This document shows positions 37,669 to 45,326 of a DNA stretch of 58,192 nt, in pieces; position 1 is the stretch's first letter; each line of letters starts with the position of its first letter. Both the position numbers and the translations under genes were made by a program. The stretch comes from Dehalococcoidales bacterium (lineage in GTDB: Bacteria; Chloroflexota; Dehalococcoidia; Dehalococcoidales; UBA2162). The stretch spans positions 1,543-59,734 of the forward strand of contig JBBITI010000016.1 in NCBI GenBank assembly GCA_037440885.1. Direction: 5' to 3'. Under the pieces are notes generated by a model. The model was given only the letters and a program-made list of their open reading frames with translations, was not told the origin of the DNA and did not search any database.

Positions 37669-38721
37669 CTAAGGTCTACCCGGAGGGGCTCCAGGCGGAC
37701 GACCGCCAGGGAGGGTACCGCCGGGAGGCCCGCCGACGGGAGGATTACCACCGGGAGGCCCGGCGCGCGGAGCAGGCGGGGGAGGCAAGGCTCTTCTTCG
37801 CTCTTCCAGCAGCTTTTCAATCGCAGCAATATCTTCGGGGGATATATCGAGGTCAGCGGCCCGGACGGTATCTTCAATCTCGGACGGTACCCGTGCGCCA
37901 TTAAGGGCCGAGGTTACCTCGGGGCGCCTTAACACCCAGGCAACGGCGAGTTGCGCAACGCTTGCGCGGTACTTCTTTGCGATAGTTGATAAATCCCCGA
38001 CCAGCTTCAGGTTGAGACCGAGCACCGGTTCCTTGAAGTTCGGATTATTAGCCCGGAAATCCCCTTCAGCCAGCTTCAGGTTTTTTAAGTTCTCGGAAAG
38101 TACCCCTTGCTGCAAAGGACTGTATACGACAACTCCCATATTGCGATAGCGGCAATAGTCTAGAACGGCATCTTCTATTCCGCGTGTAATCATACTGTAA
38201 GGCGGTTCCATAGCCGCGATGGGATGAATAGCCTGGCACTTCTCCATTTGTTCCAGGGAAAAATTAGATACCCCGATATAGCGCACTTTACCCTCTTTCA
38301 CCAGGTCGGCCATGGTCTGCCAGCCTGCCTCCATATACTCGATAGGTCTCGGCCAATGGGCGAGATAAAGGTCGATGACATCGATCCCCATCCTTTTCAG
38401 GCTGGTCTCGCACTGTGCCCGCACGCTCTTTGGCTCCATCGTATCTTCCGCAGTTGACCCGCATTTGGTTGTGATAATCGGACGCTTCGAAAGTTGTTTA
38501 AGAGCTATTCCGACCACTTCTTCAGAATGACCTCGTCCATAGGCTCCCGCGGTGTCCAACCAGTTGATTCCGCATTCGACAGCCCGCAAAATAGTGTCTA
38601 TCGATTCCTTGTCATCCTGTGCCCCCCAATGCATCCCGGCCGACACGCCCCCCATTGGCCAGGTCCCCAGTCCTACGGTTGACAGGTGCAGGTCAGTCTG
38701 ACCCAGTCTTCTTGTTCTCAC
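37669..38721 (-). CDS. Aldo/keto reductase with a Pro/Gly-rich C-terminal tail
   Basis: 350 aa with a GTG start behind GGAAGGAG. ..LGTWPMGG.., ..DTAGAYGRGHSEE.., ..YLAHWP.., ..IGVSNFS.. Confidence 0.9.
   Translation of the reverse strand: MRTRRLGQTDLHLSTVGLGTWPMGGVSAGMHWGAQDDKESIDTILRAVECGINWLDTAGAYGRGHSEEVVGIALKQLSKRPIITTKCGSTAEDTMEPKSVRAQCETSLKRMGIDVIDLYLAHWPRPIEYMEAGWQTMADLVKEGKVRYIGVSNFSLEQMEKCQAIHPIAAMEPPYSMITRGIEDAVLDYCRYRNMGVVVYSPLQQGVLSENLKNLKLAEGDFRANNPNFKEPVLGLNLKLVGDLSTIAKKYRASVAQLAVAWVLRRPEVTSALNGARVPSEIEDTVRAADLDISPEDIAAIEKLLEERRRALPPPPAPRAGPPGGNPPVGGPPGGTLPGGRPPGAPPGRP
37672..37788 (-). other. Low-complexity Pro/Gly tail of AKR (39 aa)
   Basis: LPPPPAPRAGPPGGNPPVGGPPGGTLPGGRPPGAPPGRP*, with roughly three approximately 10-aa units (GPPGGNPPVG / GPPGGTLPGG / RPPGAPPGRP). 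Confidence 0.8.
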
Positions 38722-38759
38722 GGTGTTCTCCTTCCATTTTATATTCGGGTATACCCGGG

Positions 38760-39053
38760 TTAAGACGCCTTGTGAGCAGGATGGCCCCTCTGTATAATGC
38801 CCTCGCCGGAGAACTTCTTGACCTGATGATAGTCATCAGCAAAAGAGAGTGAGGGACGAGAGGGCTCAGGTTGCGCTTGAGAAGCCGGAGAAGTGGGTTC
38901 AACTAAGGAACAGCCGCATTGCAGACAGAATCTGGAGTTACCGGGATTCAACTGGCTGAAAACGCGGCATCTGCCCGCATTAAGAGATTGCCCGTATACG
39001 CCGCAGAATCTTGAACTGCCAGGTACTGCAGCCTGGCACATTGGGCATTTCAT
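38760..39053 (-). CDS. Double zinc-ribbon-like small protein, ribbons partly degenerate
   Basis: 97 aa. CPMC..(x9)..FCGVYG and RCRVFS..(x9)..FCLQCG. Good SD (GGGAGGG, 8 nt). The C-terminus is Pro/Ser-rich. Confidence 0.45.
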   Translation of the reverse strand: MKCPMCQAAVPGSSRFCGVYGQSLNAGRCRVFSQLNPGNSRFCLQCGCSLVEPTSPASQAQPEPSRPSLSFADDYHQVKKFSGEGIIQRGHPAHKAS

Positions 39054-39282
39054 AATTGATGCCCTCCCGGCGGGTAAATAGCGCTTTAGTGTAGTCCAGG
39101 AAAACCAGGAAAGTCAAGACTGACGAATACTCAGCGTGTAGCCTGCCGTCGGTCATACCGTTATTCTCGAAGAAGGCCAATCGAAGGTCATTGAAAAGAT
39201 TCTTATATGAGGACTGGTTCTACCTGTTGTCACCTTTGGTGGGCTTTGGGGGACAGTTCCCGAACTAATTTTTGAGAAGAAG

Positions 39283-39322
39283 GGGCTGATACCAGCGGTA
39301 CAGCAGTTGCAGGTATCAGCCC
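39283..39322 (-). terminator. Long stem-loop 3' of the lipoprotein gene
   Basis: GGGCTGATACC-(18 nt)-GGTATCAGCCC, an 11-bp perfect stem. No clean T-tract. Confidence 0.35.
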
Positions 39323-39393
39323 GTTTATACAGCTACTAAAGGTATCCGGTACTCGGAGCGGCGACAATTGGCCGTGTTGTTAAAAGTTTACTC

Positions 39394-41451
39394 CTATCTG
39401 GTAATCCTCCATCCGTGGGCTGGACCTGCCGGACTTGTGTAAGTATAAGGTTTACCCCATGAGCCGTCATTACGGCGGCTCATTGAGGTGTTTGTATGAT
39501 TACCAACACCATTCATTATCATTATTGTGTCCGTCTTCTTTATCAGCGCTTCAAAAGAGCCGGTATAAACCACGTCTCCTTTGGAAAACGCGCTTTCTTT
39601 ATGCCAGCCATATTCGTAGGTGCCCTTCATGATTCCCGTCCGATAGTCGTAGGTTCCCTTCAAAGATAAATAGGCGTTGCTGATGGATTCTATCTGCACC
39701 TGCGCGCTGGGGATGTTGACATTCAATGTAAATTTGCCGTCAGTAACCCGGATAGGCTCCTTACTGAACAAAGTATCAGACATCGACATACCAGGAGGTG
39801 CATTCGGATTAACGGTCAGACTGAAATTACCTTTTATACCCACATATTCCCCGGCATCTGTGTTAAATCTTCCCCGGAGCATTTTCGCATATTCTTCCCG
39901 GCCGTTAGTGGAATACCAGGCTTTGATGAGGGAAATAACATCGTTGGCGGAAATTTCTCTTTCATTGGTGAAAGCGGTCAGGTTCCAGTCCTTCCTTCCG
40001 GTATCTCTCAGTATCTTCTTTGTTAAATGGAAAAGCTTGTCCAGCCGGGACTCCATATCATCATAGGCGTCATCATAGCCGTACATCGCATTTTCCAGCA
40101 GGCGGCTTTCCTGGAATTTGGTCACCAGCGCTTTGATTTTAGCCTCGTTTTTCTCGATTTCCGCCTCACTCTTGAGACGGTTATCAAACTGTTCCTTTAA
40201 ATTTTCTCTTACCTGCTCTCTTATCCTATCCAGGTTTCTATCCGTCGGCGCGGGCATTCCCATGCTTTCCCGCCTGGCTATCTCCCGGTTGACCGCTTCG
40301 GAATACAGCCGTGTGGCGATACCCCGCATCTGGTTCCAGACGGCATCAAAGTCTCCGGCATCGACATTGTAGCCGAAAAATTTGTTATCTGCGCCGTTCT
40401 TATAAGCTTCATAAGCTGCCTCTATCTCGGCATCTTTCCAGGTATCGATGTTGTACTGAACGATTTCCACCCCTGACTGTATTATCTTGGTTATCATAAA
40501 CTCTTCGGCAATCTGGGTACCCAGTATCCGGCCCGCCTCCAGATATTGCCCTTCGGCGGCGTGCCCGGCGGCCTTGGCAGCGGCTTTTATCAGGTCAGTA
40601 CCGGAATCGGAGACAAACTCCAGGGTGCTTTTCCACATGGAGTCTTCCAGGTTTTCGGCAATCTTTTTGCCGACGAATACGTTGAACGTTTCATTAAAAC
40701 CTTCGACATCGCCTTCTTGTAACTTGTCAATCAGGTCTTTGTATTCATCATCGTTAGCCAGGCTGGACATTATCTTGAACTTAATCGAATTCTCTGCGGC
40801 TTCATCATCCAGCCCCATCCGCTTTTTAAGCATGTATTCCACGGTGTTTTTCACCATCTCATCTACCACGTCGTCCGCCTTGTCCTGGGCAAGCTCACCT
40901 AATGCCTGGCTGTGGGCATACCGATTGATTCTTTCTTTGACACTGATTTTGCCGGTTCCAAACAAGCTGAAATGATAGGTCTGGTAAGCTACAATCCCAG
41001 TAGCTATATCTGTGCTTGAAGGTTTAAAATAGCGCCACCTGTTGCCAGCGTAATAGGTAACCCAGATACTCCTGGCTTTGAGGTCGGCAGCATATTTGTT
41101 TTTATCAACCTGAAAGGTCAAAATCGCCGGCTGATTCAAGCGCGTTTCGGCGCCAGCGATTTCAACCGGAGCTCCCAGCGGAGTAAATTCCTGGCTGTTG
41201 GTTGCAGGTACTTTCTTGGGTGTGTGAATGCTAACTCTGGTTGTCGAAACAAAGGCATTCGCTGGTATGGTTAACTGAAACTGATGGGTCGCCAGGTCGC
41301 CGGCTTTAGCCTCCTGCCCGGCAGCGACTACTTCCAGTGGTGGCGATATCTTATTTTCGTATTTCCAGTCTATGCCCCCCGATTGACCTGTACACGAAGA
41401 TGCTAATATAAGCACCACCAGAATGGTTATCAATACAAATGCACTGCGCAT
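39394..41451 (-). CDS. Large lipoprotein of unknown function
   Basis: 685 aa. Signal peptide with lipobox (..LILASSC, Cys+1). N-terminal beta-rich region, a central charged helical region of about 300 aa, and a C-terminal beta-rich region. I recognised no family. Confidence 0.6.
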   Translation of the reverse strand: MRSAFVLITILVVLILASSCTGQSGGIDWKYENKISPPLEVVAAGQEAKAGDLATHQFQLTIPANAFVSTTRVSIHTPKKVPATNSQEFTPLGAPVEIAGAETRLNQPAILTFQVDKNKYAADLKARSIWVTYYAGNRWRYFKPSSTDIATGIVAYQTYHFSLFGTGKISVKERINRYAHSQALGELAQDKADDVVDEMVKNTVEYMLKKRMGLDDEAAENSIKFKIMSSLANDDEYKDLIDKLQEGDVEGFNETFNVFVGKKIAENLEDSMWKSTLEFVSDSGTDLIKAAAKAAGHAAEGQYLEAGRILGTQIAEEFMITKIIQSGVEIVQYNIDTWKDAEIEAAYEAYKNGADNKFFGYNVDAGDFDAVWNQMRGIATRLYSEAVNREIARRESMGMPAPTDRNLDRIREQVRENLKEQFDNRLKSEAEIEKNEAKIKALVTKFQESRLLENAMYGYDDAYDDMESRLDKLFHLTKKILRDTGRKDWNLTAFTNEREISANDVISLIKAWYSTNGREEYAKMLRGRFNTDAGEYVGIKGNFSLTVNPNAPPGMSMSDTLFSKEPIRVTDGKFTLNVNIPSAQVQIESISNAYLSLKGTYDYRTGIMKGTYEYGWHKESAFSKGDVVYTGSFEALIKKTDTIMIMNGVGNHTNTSMSRRNDGSWGKPYTYTSPAGPAHGWRITR

Positions 41452-41863
41452 ATCCTGAACCTTTTCTCCCCTGAATTTCTATTTCATTCATCAGTTAAGA
41501 CGATTAACGGGCAACCATAATAGGATTGTATCAAAGCCGCAGTCCTCAAACAAATGCTGACAACGCTCAAAAAATGAGCTATAAATTAATACACAGTCAA
41601 GAGGGCGGAAAATCTGAAGTCAAATATTGGTAATAGGATTCCCTGAACTGGAACTGAGGTAACAGTAGGTAGTACGTTCAAAGACTTCGATCTGGTATTT
41701 ATTCTTGGCATCTAGTAAATAGGTCAATAAAGATTCGCGTCTTATCAAGCGGATGGTACTGCACATCGGACAGTTCCATAATTTTCAAATTAACCTTCTG
41801 CCCGAATTAGTGAGAATCCAGTGTAGCAGCGGAGTTGGATTTGTACCAACGGCCCCCAGATCA

Positions 41864-41898
41864 AAGCCCGAAACCGTAACTAAATCAGTTTCGGGCTT
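41864..41898 (-). terminator. Stem-loop 3' of the bicupin-like gene
   Basis: AAGCCCGAAAC-(13 nt)-GTTTCGGGCTT, an 11-bp stem. Confidence 0.4.
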
Positions 41899-41926
41899 AT
41901 TCGGTTCGCCTTGACTTAAAAGCATC

Positions 41927-43078
41927 TTACCGCTTGATTTGTAGATACAGTTCGTCACCGGGGGTGGGGTGTTTGATAGTGGACTCGTCGTTGTAGACAA
42001 GCAGAGATTCTCCGCGTACTACCTTCCGAGTGATTTTGTACCGCTTTTTGTCCTGCATATAATATGGAATGAAACAGACCGGTTTTCCGAGTCTTTTAAC
42101 GGTTACCGCACCGCGCCACATTCCGGCAGGAACAGCTATGACCCCGGGCTTATCGAAAGTCACCGCTTTCATATTGTCTGGTTCTTCTCCAAGCAGTACT
42201 TCTATCTCAGCGTCAAAGCTATCCCACGGTTCGACGACGTCCGTTCCGGAAAACCACAAAAATTCGGCTATCTGCCCATTACTCACCGGTTCGTCATCTC
42301 CAAGCTTGCACGATGCCGTAATGATGTTAAAGCTGAACTGATAACCGGTATTGGGCATATCTTCTTTGCCTTTGAAAACACATCTGGGATTCATTACTGC
42401 ATCTCCGAGTTTGTGGTAATCTTTCCTCAGTTCCATGATACAGTCTTTATATTTCCCAGCCGTCGAAGCGTTTTTGTAAAAAGGCTCCATATACTTGCGG
42501 ACATCTTCGTCTGTCTGCTTCGGATTAGTGAAGCAAAGTCCGCAGAAGGTACATTTTTTTGTCTGGTCTTTTACGCATGGTCTTGAGTTTTCTTTCTCGT
42601 AGAGCCATTCCTCTTTCCCATTTTTATTGGTATGGCTGTAAACTCTCCCCTCGGTATTTCCAACATATGTGAGCATGGTGTTCAAGCCCCTGACAACCCT
42701 TTTAAAATACACCGGGCTGTGAAATACGCCGGGAGAAGCACACACGATAGACGGCTTCGTTATATGGTATATTTCCATGGACTGTGCGGAATCACCGATA
42801 CAAAAGCCGATTTCGAATTCAGCTTCAAAGATCCTGTCAAGTTCAGCGCCGGTGAAAACGAAAAAATTATACGCCCCGTCGTGGATATGCGGAATATCCA
42901 TAGTTCCGACTTTATTGGCGACAAGGAAGCCCGTTCCAAACCGGACATCTGGAATTACATTGTCGGAATTAAAGAAAACCATTCGCGGACTGGTGTAACC
43001 GTACCAGTTATCTTTATCGTGTGTTTGTATAAACGGATTGAACTGTTTATCTAACTTACCCAACTGTAGCACCTCCAA
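41927..43078 (-). CDS. Hypothetical bicupin-like protein with a central Cys cluster
   Basis: 383 aa. Two cupin-like halves (..MDIPHIHDGAYNFFVFTG...GVFHSPVYF.. and ..AEFLWFSG...AVPAGMWRGA..) flank C-x7-C-x2-C-x2-C (..RPCVKDQTKKCTFCGLCF..). The start is ambiguous. A TTG at 43063 has better spacing to GGAGG. Confidence 0.55.
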   Translation of the reverse strand: MEVLQLGKLDKQFNPFIQTHDKDNWYGYTSPRMVFFNSDNVIPDVRFGTGFLVANKVGTMDIPHIHDGAYNFFVFTGAELDRIFEAEFEIGFCIGDSAQSMEIYHITKPSIVCASPGVFHSPVYFKRVVRGLNTMLTYVGNTEGRVYSHTNKNGKEEWLYEKENSRPCVKDQTKKCTFCGLCFTNPKQTDEDVRKYMEPFYKNASTAGKYKDCIMELRKDYHKLGDAVMNPRCVFKGKEDMPNTGYQFSFNIITASCKLGDDEPVSNGQIAEFLWFSGTDVVEPWDSFDAEIEVLLGEEPDNMKAVTFDKPGVIAVPAGMWRGAVTVKRLGKPVCFIPYYMQDKKRYKITRKVVRGESLLVYNDESTIKHPTPGDELYLQIKR

Positions 43079-43342
43079 TCGAGAGTATAGAGTATAGTCC
43101 TTTCTAGTGTTTTCTTCAATTTCTCATTGGTAGTAGTTAATGCACTAGTATAGACGAGCTTCTCGCGAAACGAGGTAAGATTTATACAAGTAAAAGAAAT
43201 CATCGAAGGTAACTCGGTTAAGGCGGTAATTGACGGCGTTGGAAGGTACTTTTGAATACCCGCCAGTTAAAAAGCAGTGGGCATTAAGCGGTTTCCGGAC
43301 GCGCTTCACCGCTCCGAGGGAAAGGCAGCGTTAATCTATAAT

Positions 43343-43739
43343 TTAGACTACCAGTGAACGCACCTCCTTGAATCTGTGACGTTCGGCCATACTGACAACT
43401 ACTGCCAGCATAACAAGGAGACTAAGGAGGGATCTCAGCGTTACTTTGGCGATACCACGAAGGGTTATTTTAAGCAGCCCCAATAAGTCTTTCACCCGGT
43501 AACTCACAGGAAGCATCCACGCAAAGGTGCAACTTGTATCCAAACCAGCAGTATAGTTCCCGCTCTTTCTTTTGTCCGTTTAATCCTTTCTCCGCACCGC
43601 TTGCAGCTTCTTTCACTCCCCACCGCGCATCAGAATCTGAGGGGTTTTTACGATGGCTGTTGGCATAGGCCCTAATATCGGTGGCATCGATTGCCAGTTT
43701 GCTCCCGAAGCCGGGTAAACACTGCCGTAACTTCTCCTG
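43343..43739 (-). pseudogene. DDE (IS4/IS5-like) transposase remnant, frameshifted and truncated
   Basis: After a TAA (43740-43742) the frame reads QEKLRQCLPGFGSKLAIDATDIRAYANSHRKNPSDSDARWGVKEAASG...LYCWFGYKLHLCVDASCELP. It then shifts to ..VSYRVKD...IAKVTLRSLLSLLVMLAVVV... The ..AIDATD.., ..DARWG.K.., ..FGYKLHL.VD...ELP.. blocks are typical of the DDE_Tnp_1 N-terminal half. Confidence 0.6.
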
Positions 43740-43822
43740 TTAGTTTCGCGGTTGCCTCTTACTTGAGATTCGTCCCTTCCCCATGATTCCCTCTCATAAA
43801 ATGCGTAAGCAGCCGGAATATG

Positions 43823-44320
43823 CTAGCTTTGATGTTTATATAAGAATTTTTCAATATCACCCATAAAAGCGAATGTGCCCTTCTCAATTTGCTTTGTTAA
43901 GGCATTCAGATCACTAAAATCAGGGTTATCGGCCAAGGTGTATTCCACAATCGAATCAACGCCTTTTACAGCAGCGGGTATTCGGTATTTCGTCCAATTC
44001 TCTTCCTGAAATAATTTCCGGTATTCTGATTGAATCTGTTTATTCTGTGCTGCTAACCAGATTTCAAACCTGATTTTTTCATGAATAAGAACTATCGCTA
44101 ATTTCAATTTTCTGTTTTTCAATTCTCTTGGGAAAATCGGGTAGTATGTCATGCCCATATAACCCTGGTAAACATTCCCGGGTGCAAAATCGGGGTATTT
44201 CTGGCTAAAATGCATCCTCAAATCCTTCACATAGTCCATCAGCCCCTGATAAGCTTTTTGAATAATACCTTTCTGCAATTGTTTTCGATACTCTTCTACA
44301 TATTCTTGTAATGATTCCAT
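43823..44320 (-). CDS. Hypothetical protein, DUF7000-like
   Basis: 165 aa. ..YRKQLQKGIIQKAYQGLMDYVKDLRMHF.., ..IRFEIWLAAQNKQIQ.., ..DNPDFSDLNALTKQIEKG.. Family assignment is from memory. Confidence 0.5.
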   Translation of the reverse strand: MESLQEYVEEYRKQLQKGIIQKAYQGLMDYVKDLRMHFSQKYPDFAPGNVYQGYMGMTYYPIFPRELKNRKLKLAIVLIHEKIRFEIWLAAQNKQIQSEYRKLFQEENWTKYRIPAAVKGVDSIVEYTLADNPDFSDLNALTKQIEKGTFAFMGDIEKFLYKHQS

Positions 44321-44330
44321 CCTGGACCCC

Positions 44331-45326
44331 CTATCTGAGAAACCTTTTCAACATCCGGCAGATTCTTAAGCTGAGCCAAATACGCTCAAAGGAATAGTTT
44401 TTACTCTGCTTTGTTTCCCTACCGTTGTATGAACAGTCCCATAAGCCATCTTCTTTTCTGTTGTCGAAGAACCATTGTAGCCCTTTGTTGATGTCCGGAT
44501 CTTCTGCGGCAATTCCCAATAACGACAGAGACTCCATAGCTGTTAAAAGATTAGGCCACCAGAATACAAACCTCGTCCAATAGCTGGCTGCCTTGTATGA
44601 AGAGTAAACATCCGGTTGAAAGAATCTTGATTTTAGAAGACCACCGGCAACTTTCGCTTCTCTTGATTGGCGATACACAGGATGAACCGCGAACGCTCGT
44701 AAAACCATATCTGTCCAGTTGTGAGAGAAAGGTTGTGACCTGACCGGTTCGACTGGTTCTGCATAAGATGACGTCAATCTGTACATGGTCTTACCATCGA
44801 AATGATGGGTTAATATAGGAATAGTCCATCCGCCATCATCCTGACGCATTTCAAGTAGCCACTGCATCCCCTTTTCCACCCGGGGGTCATTAACATATCC
44901 TGCCTGAATCAAAAGAGCCAAGATGTAGCCGGTGTAATAAGTGGCATACTGGTTGCCTATAAACCCGCGGATATCACCTTCAGGGGTCTGGAATGAAAAA
45001 ATGTACTCGGCAGCTTTTCCAACGGGGATAGACTCCCGGGTGAACCGATATCTTTCAACCAGCGTGCTGAATGCCTTGAAGGTAGCTATTAGTTGCGCGT
45101 GGTTTTCCGGATAAACTGGCGTTTTCTTAGTAGGACCTGTCCATGAACCATCAGCATTCTGTTTACGCAAGATCTTCTGCGGCTCAGCAAGTTCCCATAC
45201 TACCTGAACAGGACCCACCGCTTCTTCGAGAAGTTCGCGGCGGGTAAAGTAAACGGCTGCCTCGTTTTTCGTGGCGAGAAGCGCTGTTATCGAATTACGC
45301 AGCTTCTCCTGCCACCTTTTATCCAT
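44331..45326 (-). CDS. Prenyltransferase / squalene-cyclase-repeat (alpha/alpha-toroid) protein
   Basis: About 331 aa. QW-type repeats (..KGMQWLLEMRQDDGGWT.., ..KGLQWFFDNRKEDGLWD.., ..LRKQNADGSWTG..). Start ATG 45326 lies behind GGGAAGGA and overlaps the upstream stop (TAATG). Confidence 0.7.
   Translation of the reverse strand: MDKRWQEKLRNSITALLATKNEAAVYFTRRELLEEAVGPVQVVWELAEPQKILRKQNADGSWTGPTKKTPVYPENHAQLIATFKAFSTLVERYRFTRESIPVGKAAEYIFSFQTPEGDIRGFIGNQYATYYTGYILALLIQAGYVNDPRVEKGMQWLLEMRQDDGGWTIPILTHHFDGKTMYRLTSSYAEPVEPVRSQPFSHNWTDMVLRAFAVHPVYRQSREAKVAGGLLKSRFFQPDVYSSYKAASYWTRFVFWWPNLLTAMESLSLLGIAAEDPDINKGLQWFFDNRKEDGLWDCSYNGRETKQSKNYSFERIWLSLRICRMLKRFLR

Noticed and set aside
37672-37788. 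The Pro/Gly tails of AKR and AOR, considered as collagen-like triple-helix repeats or as a CTERM-type sorting signal.
   Set aside because: There is no Gly-X-Y triplet periodicity. There is also no hydrophobic transmembrane segment or basic anchor of the kind that PEP-CTERM, GlyGly-CTERM and PGF-CTERM signals require.
38980-39180. A 66-aa ORF (..FFENNGMTDGRLHAEYSSVLTFLVFLDYTKALF..) in the gap upstream of the zinc-ribbon gene.
   Set aside because: It overlaps the zinc-ribbon start region, has no SD, and I cannot match it to any family. It may be debris of a former gene but is not supportable as a feature.
41823-41857. A tRNA 3'-half-like sequence on the minus strand (GGGGGCC-GTTGG-TACAAAT-CCAAC-TCCGCTGC), considered as a possible att-site remnant or tRNA gene.
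   Set aside because: No complementary 5' acceptor strand, D arm or anticodon arm can be found upstream. The T-loop reads TAC instead of TTC, there is no CCA, and I found no second copy of the segment at the other end of the AT-rich patch. It could still be an att scar, but the evidence is too thin to call.
43085-43100. A tandem GAGTATA-GAGTATA repeat just upstream of the bicupin-like gene.
   Set aside because: There are only two 7-nt units. This is too short to distinguish from chance or to assign a function.
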